Part shown: positions 1-12,880 of the stretch, one piece after another
Layout of the letters: each line of letters opens with the position of its first letter
How positions within the stretch are numbered: position 1 is the stretch's first letter
Source: Nemertoderma westbladi
Lineage: Eukaryota; Animalia; Xenacoelomorpha
Length of the DNA: 64,000 nt
Reading direction: 5' to 3'
NCBI GenBank assembly: GCA_032718475.1
Contig: JAUCBJ010007477.1
Location: 76,933 to 140,932, forward strand
The notes under the pieces: model-generated
What the model saw: only the letters and a program-made list of their open reading frames with translations
Databases searched by the model: none
Told to the model about the DNA's origin: nothing
Made by a program: the position numbers and the translations under genes

Positions 1-260
1 CCGCTTTGCAGGACATTGCTTTCGCCGTGAGGACCAGCCTGTGCATAATCTTGTACTTTGGCAGCCTCATGGAGTGAATAAGCATGGTGGACAGCCCATG
101 ACTTTCTTGAGACGCATCTTAAAGGACACTGGCCTTAAAGATGCGGATGATCTAGCAAATGTCATGGGTGATAGGGAGTTGTGGCGGTGCAATTTTGTTG
201 ACAAGCCGGCACAGCATTCTTAAAAATGCAGCTGCAATGCAGCATGCCGATCCTAGTAGT
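1..260 (+). mobile_element. 3' end of RTE-clade non-LTR retrotransposon inserted into a Polinton minor capsid gene
   Basis: ORF 41-223 LWQP..G..TFL..LKDTGL..L..M.DRELWR resembles the RTE ORF C-terminus. It ends in a (TAG)n tail that joins minor capsid sequence, which is intact near 58600. Confidence 0.75.
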
Positions 261-397
261 ATTTCCTTTAGACCCACGACCCAATCTGTGCTGACGGGGA
301 TAGGTTTGGACAACTCAATCGTGAAATCGCTGGGAGTGTTATCGGGATATTTATCTAGACTGGCGTTGGAAGTCAACGTTAAATGTAAGTAATCCAT
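261..397 (-). pseudogene. 5' fragment of minor capsid (penton/PX-like) gene
   Basis: MDYLHLTLTSNASLDKYPDNTPSDFTIEL matches 57854-58738; cut by the RTE insertion. Confidence 0.85.
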
Positions 398-411
398 AAT
401 AATATAATTAA

Positions 412-1070
412 TTATTGTACGTGATCAACCCACCGATGTGCTGCAAAACCAACAAATTTAACCAAATATTGCTTTTTGCCGCTTTTATTTACTTTTTCTT
501 TAATTATTTTTTCAATTGGTAGGAATTGAAATGGTTCTATTACCTTTTGGATTTCATGTCGATAAAATGTCCCCTTTATAACGCGCCCATTCGAGTCCAC
601 AACTTCGTACATAGGGTACGGCTCTCGATCCAATCTTATTCTATAAATTTCGAAAATTTCTACTGTATAATTAGGTGTATAACCTTTGTCAAATGGCTTT
701 CTAGCTAAACTCAGCCGCACCTTATCACCAACCTTGAAATGAACTCGACACTGTGCGCGACATTTTCTTTTATTGGGATGACCCACACTCCCATATAGTT
801 TTAAAAATAGGTCAGTTTCATTCTTTTTATTGACAGAGTTTGGTGCCATACCAATGGTTCTATGTATTGAATTATTATATGCAACCAATATTTTTGGCAA
901 TATACTCATCCATTCTCTATTCTGTCTCCTCGTGAAAATTCTGTACATGCGAGATTTGAGGGTGTGATTCAGCCTTTCACAGATACTAGCTTTAAATTGG
1001 CTAACTAATGTATAAAAATGAACATTATTATTCTGTAAGAAATCTTTCACCAATTTATTAACAAACTCAG
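412..1070 (-). pseudogene. Polinton RVE integrase, N-terminally deleted
   Basis: Matches the C-terminal part of 58753-59838. A deletion of about 1.2 kb fuses it to the ATPase 3' end and removes the first two catalytic Asp residues. Confidence 0.88.
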
Positions 1071-1759
1071 GTGTGGTGTTGGTGAGGTGTGTTAGAGTTC
1101 ATATTCGCGGGTTGATAAACAGTTTGCCCTAATGGGTTGAAAATATCACCCCTAACTCTTATACTATCATCCGTTTTTTGATGAAAGTCTAAGAGAAGGT
1201 GTGTGAATGGTTTTTGTGTGGCGTCACTATATGCTTGAACAATAAAATTGCTATTTTTTGGGTACACTTGCCGCGCTATATAGCTTATTTGACTTGCGTC
1301 GCGGGGATTTTTTGTGAAAATACAATATTGGGCATTTAGACTTCTAGTCCGTGTTTCCGCCCCTTTACTGAAGAAATTTTGTGTTATATAGATAATGAAA
1401 CAGGAAGTATGATGGCAGGTTTTTGTGAAGCTTTCTGTCAAACTCTCATCACTCTTACTTTCGCTTAACAAGTCGTCTATAATAATTAGATCGTTTTCGC
1501 GGAAAATAGAATTAATTTTTTGCGGTAAACCTTTGAATAGATGTGTTATACCCGGGAATTCTGGTGGGGTGGCGCCATAAAAGAATAATACACGGTTCGG
1601 GGTTATATCAAAAACTAATTTTTTATTTTTTACAATTTTTGATACCAACACTGTTTTTCCGGAAGAACTTGGACCCGCAATAATCATGGCCGAACCCATC
1701 TTGAAAGAGGCGTCGTATGATGTGATTGGTTCCCGTGATATCGTCGGCTCTCGGGACAT
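1067..1759 (-). CDS. A32/FtsK-like genome packaging ATPase (C-terminus altered by deletion)
   Basis: Walker A GPSSSGKT, Walker B LIIIDD, plus ITQN..RTRSLNAQY motifs. Confidence 0.88.
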   Translation of the reverse strand: MSREPTISREPITSYDASFKMGSAMIIAGPSSSGKTVLVSKIVKNKKLVFDITPNRVLFFYGATPPEFPGITHLFKGLPQKINSIFRENDLIIIDDLLSESKSDESLTESFTKTCHHTSCFIIYITQNFFSKGAETRTRSLNAQYCIFTKNPRDASQISYIARQVYPKNSNFIVQAYSDATQKPFTHLLLDFHQKTDDSIRVRGDIFNPLGQTVYQPANMNSNTPHQHHT

Positions 1760-1776
1760 TGTTGATAGGTAGCCAC

Positions 1777-2238
1777 TCAGTAGATCGGAAACCTAGAAAC
1801 TTGATGGTTGACGCGTGTGCCAGAGGTAGTAGGTCTATACCCCCGGCGGGATTGGGCTAATTTTCTGCCTCTTACAGCCGTTATTATGGGTGATATTTTC
1901 TGATAAGCGTTAAGCCCACTCATTAAACCAGAGATTAGTAGATTTATAAATCCGCCCCTTTGCACCAATCGTTTACGATAAATTCGAATGGAATACTTGG
2001 CTTTTGGTTTTTTAGCGATCTCGCGTATTGTTTTTTTATGGCGTTTTAACCTCGCGATTGTTTGCTCAGGAATTTTTACGTTACCATTTAATACATTTAG
2101 AATAATATTAATTAGAAAACTTATAAGTTCGTCGGTTCCGCCGACACGTAAGAAGGTTTTTCTACAGTTGGGGGAGGCGTTAGATAAGAACATTAAATCC
2201 CCATCAAATTGTTTAATTAAAGCTTTGAGTGATTTCAT
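1777..2238 (-). CDS. Conserved Polinton virion/core protein (PW/'GasderminX'-like)
   Basis: LNVLNGNV..LKRHK..R..A..LVQRGGF pattern with an adenain-type QRGG site; copy at 61274-61735. Confidence 0.65.
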   Translation of the reverse strand: MKSLKALIKQFDGDLMFLSNASPNCRKTFLRVGGTDELISFLINIILNVLNGNVKIPEQTIARLKRHKKTIREIAKKPKAKYSIRIYRKRLVQRGGFINLLISGLMSGLNAYQKISPIITAVRGRKLAQSRRGYRPTTSGTRVNHQVSRFPIY

Positions 2239-2399
2239 TACATATATTAATAACTTATATAAACGAGAACAATAATAGTAAGTAATAAAACACCACCACC
2301 GTTATAAATAGTATCGATTATATGCGTGGGTGGGGTTTTTCACGCGATAAAACCGAGCAATTATAGAAACCGGCACTCTTTAAAACCTAACATCAATAA

Positions 2400-3845
2400 T
2401 TAAGAACACAAATCCACGTTTAAAAAACCAAACGAGATCCCACAGGACAAACCTACAAAATTTCGAAATTATTCAAAAATGAAACTTTTAATTTTTCGAA
2501 AAATTTTATGAAATTTCTAATTAAATATTACTACCCAAATTACTAATAAAATTCAAACTTTTTTAAGTTTTAACAGACTGACTGACTGACAGACCGACAG
2601 ACAGACAGACTAGATTTATGTAAATGTAAAAACTGACATCAGAAATGAAATCAGCACCCCCTAAAACCCAAGACCATCAATAAAACACATTATATACAGT
2701 ATATATATATCAAGGGAACAATGATAATATCCGCATTTAAAAACCAAACGAGATCCTAAAGGGCAAACTTTCAAAATTTTTAAATTTTTCAAAAACGAAC
2801 ATTTTAATTTTTCGAAAAATTTTTATGAAATTTCTAATTAAATATTACTACCCAAATTACTAATAAAATTCAAACTTTTTTAAGTTTTGACAGACTGGCT
2901 GACTGACAGAAAGACTGACAAACCGAAGACAGACAGACTAGATTTATGTAAATTTAAAACTGACATCAGAAATGAAATCAGCACCCTTGACAACCTAAGA
3001 CTACCGATAAAACACGTTATATATATAATGTGAATAATGGTAATATCCACGTTTATTTAAAAACCTAACGAGATCCCACCGGACAAACCTAAAACTGACA
3101 CCAAAAAATGAAAAAATTAAATATTTCTACCTATTATACATTTTTATGGCGTTTTAACCTCACGATTGTTTGCTCAGGAATTTTTACGTTACCATTTAAT
3201 ACATTTAGAATAATATTAATTAGAAAACTTATAAGTTCGTCGGTTCCACCAACGCGTAAGAAGGTTTTTCTACGGTTGAGGGGGGCGTTAGATAAGAACT
3301 TTAAATCCCCATCAAATTGTTTAATTAAAGCTTTGAGTGATTTCATTACATATATTAATAACTTATATAAACGAGAACAATAATTGTAAGTAATAAAACA
3401 CCACCACCGTTATAAATAGTATTGATTATATGCGTGGGTGGGGTTTTTCACGCGATAAAACCGAGCAATTATAGAAACCGTCACTCTTTAAACCTAACAT
3501 CAATAATAATTAATAAAATATATTATATAACGCGAACAATGAATTAATTTTGACATACTGACGGACAGAAAGACCGACAAATAGACAGATAGACTAGATT
3601 TATGTAAATATAAACCGACATCAGAAATGAAATTGACGCCCTTGACAACCTAAGACTACCGATAAAACACGTTATATATATATATAATGCGAATAATGTT
3701 AATATCTGCGTTTATTTAAAAACCTAACGAGATCCCACTGGACAAACCTAAAACTGGCGCCAGAAATGAAAAAATTAAATATTAAATATTTCTACCTAAA
3801 TGACTATCTAAATTACCAATAAAATTCAAAAACTTTGGAAAAAAT
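2400..3845. repeat. Tandem ~330 bp repeat with (GACA/GACT)n microsatellite, plus a partial duplication of the PW-like gene (3134-3500)
   Basis: Recurring cgagatcccacaggacaaacc, gacagacagactagatttatg and tgacatcagaaatgaaatcagcaccc units; same array at 61900-62620. Confidence 0.8.
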
Positions 3846-3847
3846 AC

Positions 3848-4342
3848 TCAAAATATCCCGGGTCTTGCCATACACACAACATTTCGTGTGTAAAAAACGC
3901 AAAATGTTATGATATTAGAACTAGTTTTACCCCGACGATAAAACTGCACAAGAATATTATTAAATAACTCCGGCTCATATTTCACCTCCACATTATAATA
4001 ATTATCTAAAAAATGAAACCCAACCGTTTTCATTAATTTGCTATAGTCTATGTCTAGATTGTTAATAATATAAGTTTGGCTATTGATTGAAATAAAAGTT
4101 AGTTTATAATCAGTATGCTTATATATATACTTAATAATTTTTTTTATTTTAGGTGATTTACCGAGTACAGTGACCTTACCGCTCGGGAAAAAGAGACACG
4201 TCCATCCGCAAATTTTGGCGATATATTGAAAAGGCTTTAAGATGAGTTTTCCATTTCGAATTCGTTTAGCCAGCACATCGAATGATATGCACCCATCACC
4301 CAACCTCAAACTTATATTACTGTTGACAACGCTAAAAGACAT
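3848..4342 (-). pseudogene. TATA-binding-protein-like gene with premature stop
   Basis: FFPSGKVTVLG and YEPELFN motifs; CGA>TGA change relative to the intact copy at 62609-63169. Confidence 0.7.
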
Positions 4343-5780
4343 CGCAATCCGCTATTCTATAATGGGCGGCAGGCATATAAAGCTTAGGAGCGGGCGCTTT
4401 ACGATCCAAATGTGTTTTATAATGGCCGTAAGGTAGACTTTCATTAGTCGATGTGTAGTACCTTTTATCTTCCCACAGTGTTAGCGATTTTTTTCTTTGT
4501 GAAACGGTGTATATTTTATGTAAATTAGATTGAAACCTTTGACTGTATTCGTAATGCTCGCTAACCTCGTTATATACTTTTAAATATGATTCGTGGGAGA
4601 GTTTCTTTTTTATAACCATTTTTCCTACGCCTTTAGCGGCACGTTTTGGAACTGACCCCCCGCGAAAGCTATAACATTTTGGTCTAAGTAAAATAACCTG
4701 GTCAAACGGGATAGACTTCCCTTCATCCTTTAAATATCTATATTTCCCTTTCTGTTCTACTGTATACAACGGATGTGTAATAGGATAATTTGAACAGTCT
4801 AAAACTTTTTTTGATTGTAACGCAGATAAAAATTGGTGTTGGGATAAACCAACACACTGTAAAAAAAAAGAATCCGTGTCCCCACCTAACAAATTTATAC
4901 TACAATTTAATTCGGCTTCCATGGGCTTTAACTTATCGTAGAAAAAAGTGTAGTAATCTAACTTTGACAAGTCCAACACAGCTTGGCCTAAAAAAATAGG
5001 TTTATGCAAACAAACCGCAGTCTTAGATAGGACGTGACCTGATAATGAATCAGTGAACATAATTAAATTTTCGTGATTCGGCTTGGATAATAATAAGTCA
5101 CATTTCTCGATTGAATTACATAAGCGAAATGAGACACGGTCCCGTATATTCTCCATGCTTTTCCCGAAAAGCGCGCAATTTTTCTTTGCTGAGTGTTATA
5201 TTCAATAAAATCCTTAAAAATGTAACCTTGCTTAAATCTAATAAGTTTATGAACTTTAATCAAGCGCATACCATGATGAATATAAAAGCGCAATAATTTT
5301 AGATGCACACCGTACTCATACTTATCAAATTGGGTTAACATCAATTTTTTTGCTGGGCTATTGAAAATTTTATCGCCATTATAATGTCGCCAAAGACTAA
5401 TGCCTAATGTGTGGGCTGAGATACCTACTATCGAGTTTAATATGCTCCGGTGCAAATGGAAGCTCAGCTGTGGCATCATGAATAGTCATTGGGTATTCAA
5501 GGTCTACAATTGCGAAGTATCCATATATATCGTCAATTTCCAGACTCATGATATCGACACTATCAACATCCAACCATTCAAAGTCAGAATAAGGAAGTTT
5601 CTCTGACAAAGAACCGCTATATAAACTGTTGAAATCTAAATTATATAAATGAGCTTCAGGTTTATTAGGGTCGTATGTTTCTGTGCCTGGTATATTCGCA
5701 TTTGCCACATGAAGGTTGGTGTAAGAAACTCCACCCCTAATGGAATTTTCGAATGTTAAATACATTTCATGGTCTGCAAG

Positions 5781-8700
5781 TATGGCGTCTGATTTGAGCC
5801 AAAATACCTTAGAATTACAAATGTGTACCTTACATTTTTCATTAGCTTATATTTATAAGCATCGCTTAAAAGTATGGTATTTTATTTCATTTGAATTTAT
5901 ACATCGCTTAAAAGTAAGCTATGTTTATGTAGTTGACATTAATAAATCGCTTAAAAGTAAGGTATTTTTTACAAGTTCTGTTAAAACATCGCTTAAAAGT
6001 AAGCTATGTTTATGTAGTTGACTTTATTAAATTGCTTTAAATATGGTATTTAATTGCAGTTCTGTTCCAACATTGCTTAAAATTGTTTGCAGTAATATAG
6101 TTTAAAGTAAGCGATGTTTATACAGTGTCGTTTAAACATAGTTTAAAGTAAGCGATGTTTTTACAGTGTCATTTAAACATAGTTTAAAGTAAGCTATGTT
6201 TTTACAGTGTCGTTTAAACATAGTTTAAAGTAAGCTATGTTTTTACAGTGTCGTTTAAACATAGTTTAAAGTAAGCTATGTTTTTGCAGTGTTTTATCCA
6301 ATCAAATGCATTGTTGACAATATCTGCAATTAGTAAATAGATCACAAGAGGGCGCTGTTGAGCAATTGTTGTATTCCAGTATATGAACAGCTAGATCGAA
6401 TTTCTGATATGTAGGGTACACGGTAAGGACAGTACGGTTAACAGTATACAGTAGTTACACTGCAGTACGTACAGCATCCGAAAATTTCATCTCGGAAATT
6501 GTTAACCTAATACGGAGGTGCCAACAAATTTCAGAAGATGAGACATTTTCAAACTTAAATATAATAGTATTGTAGTAAATATATAAAGTATTGGCCACAA
6601 TCATCTACAACACATAACCGAATGTAATTCTTCTGCCTTGTAATGGTATGTTACCAATGCAGCTGTTGTTGGTGTATTATTCACCTATTGGGCCATTGTA
6701 TTTGCTAGTTCATGACAAATACATGGTGAAATTGGAAGTTCTAGAGAAACATCGACTTAATGAAATGGTGATAAAACATTTTGGTTTTATTTATAACTAA
6801 TATAGTTATAATTAAAAAGGTTCCTATTTAAGAAAACATAATATTTGGGCCCATTAAACTTGAATAAATTTAAATAAATATAATAATTGTCACATTACGA
6901 GCAAATTATCCTCGCAAAGCTTTACTTTTCCACAGCTTTTCTTTCTATTATGATATCATAATTAATAGTATCGGAAGGTATATACTTCATTGGGTATGGA
7001 AATTAGTCAATAATATGTGAAAGTTATTTACCTTTGTTTGTTACACATAAAATATCTGACAAGTGGGTGGTGAAAAAAACAGCCTTTATTGTGTCTAAAA
7101 CATTTAAATACTTAATGTGTGCTGGTTATGATTAATTTTGAAAATTGAACTTTTAAATTGAATAATATATACTGAAGAAGGCATGGGTGGGATCCGAAAC
7201 TTGTCATGCATGTTTCCCTTATCCATGTTACTACTCATGATTCATTTCAAGCACCCATCTTTTATCAGACGCTTGCAGTGATGTTCTGAAGTATGGCGAT
7301 TTTTGAAAGTTTCAATTTTCCAGATGATGGTATGGAAGTCTGACTTGCTGGTGGTACATGAAAATTGTACCACAGAACCCACCTTTGGTATATCTAACTA
7401 TTTACTAAATGTTTTGGGCTACCCACTAATCAGACCACTCTAACTCAAGCCTCAAAAATACAAAATTTGTCGAAAAGTCCAATCTTTGCCCATATAGAAA
7501 AGTTGGTCTGACAAGTGGGTGGTATTTATTCATGGTTTTAATGTGTATGAGACCTATTTATGTGTACAATAAACATAAAATGACACTCCACCCACTATAG
7601 TCAGAAAGATTTCCTGTAGATTTCATTGGGGATATGTTCGAGTAAATCGCAAACTTTGAACTGCAATATCTCGAAAACCAATACACCATCATCAGAAATA
7701 TTTCATCAGGTGTCATTTTATACCATTTCCGACCATATATCCAAAAATAAACGAAATCGATGACCCCATGCCACCGTGATTTATCGAATTTGGATGGAAT
7801 TACCCCGTACTGTCCGTACCGTGTCCCTTCATATCAGAAATTCGATTTTGCTGATCGAATACTGGAATACAACAATTGCTCAACAGCGCCCTCTCGTGAT
7901 CTATTTACTAATTGCAGATATTGTCAACAACGCATTTGATTGGACAAAACACTGCAAAAACATAGCTTACTTTAAACTATGTTTAAACGACACTGTAAAA
8001 ACATCGCTTACTTTAAACTATGTTTAAACGACACTGTCAAAAACATAGCTTACTTTAAACTATGTTTAAACGAAACTGTAAAAACATCGCTTACTTTAAA
8101 CTATATTACTGCATAAACACATACTTCATTTTAAGCAATGTTGGAAGAGAACTGCAATTAAATAAATGTGGCTGGCCACGAGAAAAGGGACCTTATGTCA
8201 CCGGAGGTCGATTTTGAGTTATTAGGCCTATGAGATGCAGAATTTTCCAGAGATTTTAACAAAAAAAACGGTGTCTCAATATCTATTTCCAAAAAAAAGT
8301 TATAGCGATATATGTGAAGGTGAATCGGGTAGCAAAAAAGATTTTATTAATAGCGGTTATAATAAGCGATTATTAAAAAAAATGGAAAATATTAATAATA
8401 TCATAGCGATTCTTACTATATAGTTAGGCAGCTCAATGTTATTCGGCTTTTTATACAACATTTAACACTTTGAAACTATTAATATTGTTCATGAACTATT
8501 TTAAAAAAAAATTTTGCAAAATTTTTTTTTAATTTAAAATTTTTTCAAAAAGATAAATTTTTTTAACAAAATTTAAAATTATCTGTATTTTGAATTCTTT
8601 ATTAGGATTATAAAATTTAAGAACTAACGAAGACAAAATTAAGAAAATGACAGCCATATCGCATTTAAAAAATAACTGTAGGCCTACAGTACCTACATAT

Positions 8701-9337
8701 TACAGTAGTACAATTACAATTTATTACAGTCCTAAATTCAGACATGAAAACCCTAAGACAGTGTTATATACAACACTGCAACATCTTATATTGCTTCCTG
8801 TAATTAGTTATTTCCTAGGTATCTTGAATATCAGAACCAATTTGAATTTCCCTCATCGTTTTATGCATTTCTAAATTGATAATCCAATTAAATTTGTTCA
8901 AAAATAGAGGGAAACTTTAAACGCGATTATCTCAGAATCAGGTTTTGCGACATAAGGTCCCTTTTCTCGTGGCCAGCCACAAATACCTTATTTAAAGCGA
9001 TTTATTACAGTCAATTACATAAACATAGCTTTCTTTTAAGCGATGTTTTAACAGAACTTGTAAAAAATATCTTAATTTTAAGCAATTTAATAAAGTCAAC
9101 TACATAAACATAGCTTACTTTTAAGCAATGTTTTAACAGAACTTGTAAAAAATACCATACTTTTAAGCGATTTATTAAAGTCAACTACGTAAAACATAGC
9201 TTACTTTTAAGCGATGTATAAATTCAAATGCAATAAAATACCATACTTTTAAGCGATGCTTATAAATATAAGCTAATGAAAAATGTAAGGTACACATTTG
9301 TAATTCTAAGGTATTTTGGCTCAAATTAGACGCCATA
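5781..9337. mobile_element. Non-autonomous foldback-type DNA element with long modular TIRs and 6-bp TSD
   Basis: Ends TATGGCGTCT...AGACGCCATA. TGCAAG is duplicated at 5775-5780 and 9338-9343; the empty site is seen near 34908. Arms contain ~39 bp subrepeats. Confidence 0.85.
8167..8981. mobile_element. MITE nested in the right arm of the foldback element
   Basis: TIR TGTGGCTGGCCACGAGAAAAGGGACCTTATGTC with its perfect reverse complement at the other end. Confidence 0.8.
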
Positions 9338-12247
9338 TGCAAGTAGACGAATATGTGACTTGGAAAATCTCATACCCGCGTCCCAACTAACCCCCGCCAT
9401 CGTGTAATAGTTCGACACCTCAAGCGAATAATGTTTAGTACAATATGCACGAAAATTTTCAAAAATATCGGCTAGCAGCAACACGTCAAGATGTAAGTAA
9501 GCTTCCAAATAATCAAAAAGTGTCTTACATTGAAATTGCTCCCACGAAAGATGTGCAAATGTATATTCTTCAGGGCTAATAGATGATAATGTTAATTCAC
9601 TGCAAAACTCTTTTGGATGCGGTAATTTAGTATCCCCCAATTTACTTAAGGAATCGACATATTCGTAAGGAAAAACTGACTTATGGCGTAAAATTTCGTC
9701 GGTAACATTTGGATATAATTTTCTCATTTGCTTCACGGTGTGTGGAATAATGGTTGTTAAATCTGACACATCTTTTGTCAAAAACCCAGCCAAAGCAGAA
9801 AGGGAAAATCCCATAAACGCGAATGAATCAATAAACTGTATAGTTATTGATTTGCTGGTTGGGAGCCCTCTTACGTCCTTTTCTGGAATAGCATAACCAA
9901 GCACGCTAAGTGCTTCTGACGTTGGAATATCGATGCGGAGTGAGATATATCTTTCAGTATTTTTTGCAATGGTTTCAATGTTCCAATTTTTATATTTACT
10001 ACCAGCAAACCCTTTTTGTAAAATTAAATGTGAATCATAAAAAAAAAAAATTATGACAGACAACTGGGAATAGGTGACATTTAACGCTTAATTGTTTATT
10101 ACAGGAAATACACGCCGCACCAATGAAAGCCCCGTTGTAATGGTTGTGATGCATCACACTTGGATTTATATCTTTCCGAAAAAATGATTTACAATTAAAG
10201 CAATTTGTGGTACGCATATAAGCTTGGTATTGTGTGTGATCCAGGTGTTTGGGGTGGTGTGTGTTAAAGGTAGACCATTCATAACACTTAAATAAATCAA
10301 AAACCAGACTATCGATAAAATTCTGTACCGAGTTATTATCGATATTTTGTCTAAATGTAGACAAAAAATAATTTGGGGGGTTAATTAATTCACCGTTGGA
10401 GACAATCAAATATGAAACAGCCGACGGGAGATGTTCGGCTATATAATATTTTTTTACATTATTTGTTGGGGCTAGTACCACTTCGAAATCCATATATACT
10501 ATGAAAGGTGTGCTCACAGACTTATAGTAATTAGTAAAGCGTAAATTCAGTTTAGATGGCATCTCCTCTATTTGGCGCCCGTCTTGCCAACACCCTAATC
10601 TATGGCGTTCTAACGCATTTGGACTGTAGAAACCGCGAATACACCACTCACAACGATGACAATGATACTCGCTATTGCCTTCCCCACGACCATTAAATAA
10701 TCTATTTAAGTTAGAAACCCCGACGATGTGATTTGTTGAGGTTAAATTTTGACGTTCAATAAGCAATAAATTTAGCAATCTTTTGCCTTCAGCTTTTTTA
10801 GCGCTTGGTTGCCGTAGAAAGGAAATTTTTTCACTACTTCTATCAAAATACAATAAATTTATTAAATAATTTGGATTATTTTTTTCAAACTTTAGAATAT
10901 TTAGTTTCCATGATAGGGTAGAGTCTAATTCGCTTAAATTAAAAAACCCTAAATACTGATTATAAGAACTTTGGCGTGAAACATGGCGCAGTGTGTGATC
11001 ATCCGATATATGTTTTGAAAATTTTGCTGTCAGGACCGCCCACTTAAAACATTCACCTTCATTACACGGTACATTTATTATACAATGTTTATTTTTTAAT
11101 TTTGTTGGGATTGATTGGTTGGCATCACCGCTATGTCCGAAACGATATACCGATCGCAAGTATGACGCAATAGTAAGTTTGATGCGCGATAGAGTTACAA
11201 GTTTCCAGCCGCTACCCCGCCTAATAAATTGCGATATTTTTTCACCGATATGGGAAATGACTGTGTAGTACCATTCGTCAGAATCCGAGCTATTTTCAAT
11301 ATAATTATCTGTACCGATCGAAGTAAAATGGAATTCTTCTTGTAGAGTATAATTAGCATCATCGCGTTCCATTATCACCGAAGCAATTAACCACACTTTA
11401 TAAAACATATCAATAAAAGCCGATGCCGCCGTGTTAAAAGCGCGTGAAGCATATAACCCCATATAATTTAAATAATTCGGCACATCTGGATACATCTCAT
11501 TAGATGACACATTATGGGTATATTCCTGAACGCGTGATTCGTGGCATGTTTTTGATAGATGAAAACCTTCGTTCGGTGTATCTGAGCTGTTTGTAATGCT
11601 TACAGGCGAACCAACGTTGAGATCCGGTTGAAATGTCGGTTCTGATTGTTTTTGGTTATGTTTGCGTTTGCGGGAATTGTAATGGTTTTGATGGCAACTA
11701 TGTTCGATATATGAATCGAAGTTTTCAAAATCATCAGAGCATGTCGGGCAGGATAGCGTGTAACCGCAGTAGGTGTAATTCGGACGAGACAACCCGCAAC
11801 ATCTATTACTGTGAAATATTGCTATTCTTTCGAGTACAGTAGTTCGGCAATTACAATTATCGCAAACATACCCATCGAAATGTGTGCGTAAATGCCGTAA
11901 ATAATTTTTCTTAAGTATAGTACAACCGCAAAAAACGCAATTAATCTCCATCATTATAATTATTATTATTACGATTATAATATATTTATTAACGTAGGTA
12001 CAGAAAACATATTTACAATATGCCGATGAAAGAGATGCGGCAGATTTTATGTAGATAAATATATCCAATACCCAGTCAACCAGCCACCCACGCTAGAAAC
12101 CGTTTAACCAACCAAAATTTACTGAACTGACATTATCCTATTTATATGCTCTATTAACTATGTTGTATAATCGCGTGTAAGAGTATTGAAATAGTATTGA
12201 CATGTGTCACCACCCGAGTTTGGTGTTATGCGTTTAATGTCACATAT

Positions 12248-12880
12248 TTAATATGCGCGGTAAAATGCCGAATTAATCTCTTCCCCATACGGCGTTAAAT
12301 TCGTCGGTAAAACCCCAAAATAATCATCCGAATAAATATTAGAAACGTAGAGTATTGCCGCATTACATTGTTGGCATATAAGCTGGCATATTTTATCGCC
12401 CGATGTTACAACGTATTCCTTAGATGTGTTGTTAATCAATATAATTACAAGTTGATCTATATTACCGCGCGCGACGCTGGAATCGACCGCACATTCTGCA
12501 ACATCAATGCCAATTTTTGCCAAGCTAAAAGTCGGTGTAATTCTTCCAAAATAATTGGCGGGTAAATATATTTTAACACCCGTCTCAATTAACATTCGTG
12601 AGTGCGGCTCTATTGTTCTATTCACGGCGCTATATATGTCAATCCCAGCTGGACTATATGAACCGCATACAGGCGCCCGAGCTGCTGGGCTTAACAATTC
12701 AATTTTAATTGGAATAATTGAATTAGGACCGCGGTAACTATTTTCAGCTTGTATTATTGGAAACATTTTTTCATTACGACGTATTTTACCTAAAAAAATA
12801 CCAAAAAGAAAGGTAACAATGAAAAATATATTTGAAAAAATAATCTTATCTATAGACTCAAGCTGCCCTAGTATTGCCAT
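12248..12880 (-). CDS. dUTPase-derived protein, probably catalytically inactive, with N-terminal hydrophobic helix
   Basis: AGIDI (motif I) and GDKICQL (motif IV) are kept. RSG is replaced by TFS, motif III is degenerate and Gly-rich motif V is absent. TM-like segment IIFSNIFFIVTFLFGIFLG. Confidence 0.75.
   Translation of the reverse strand: MAILGQLESIDKIIFSNIFFIVTFLFGIFLGKIRRNEKMFPIIQAENSYRGPNSIIPIKIELLSPAARAPVCGSYSPAGIDIYSAVNRTIEPHSRMLIETGVKIYLPANYFGRITPTFSLAKIGIDVAECAVDSSVARGNIDQLVIILINNTSKEYVVTSGDKICQLICQQCNAAILYVSNIYSDDYFGVLPTNLTPYGEEINSAFYRAY

Larger units (their letters stand above)
4332..11954 (-). pseudogene. Protein-primed family B DNA polymerase (pPolB), frameshifted and split by a 3.56 kb insertion
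   Basis: N-terminal Zn fingers, YMDFE, HN..YD, FIDSF, FPYEY, DFNSLY, GDTDS, LRPKCY and AKGV motifs across ORFs 10035-12068, 9326-10063, 5397-5765, 5063-5479 and 4332-5156. Confidence 0.93.

Noticed and set aside
152-397. 81 aa ORF as a real gene
   Set aside because: Chimera of the minor capsid 5' end and antisense RTE tail.
5860-6300. Regular ~39 bp repeats resembling a CRISPR array
   Set aside because: Head-to-tail units without unique spacers, mirrored in the other arm of a foldback element; eukaryotic context and no cas genes.
6880-7806. Additional MITE ending in GGAATTACCC inside the foldback element
   Set aside because: Only one end is recognisable; no matching TIR or TSD found.
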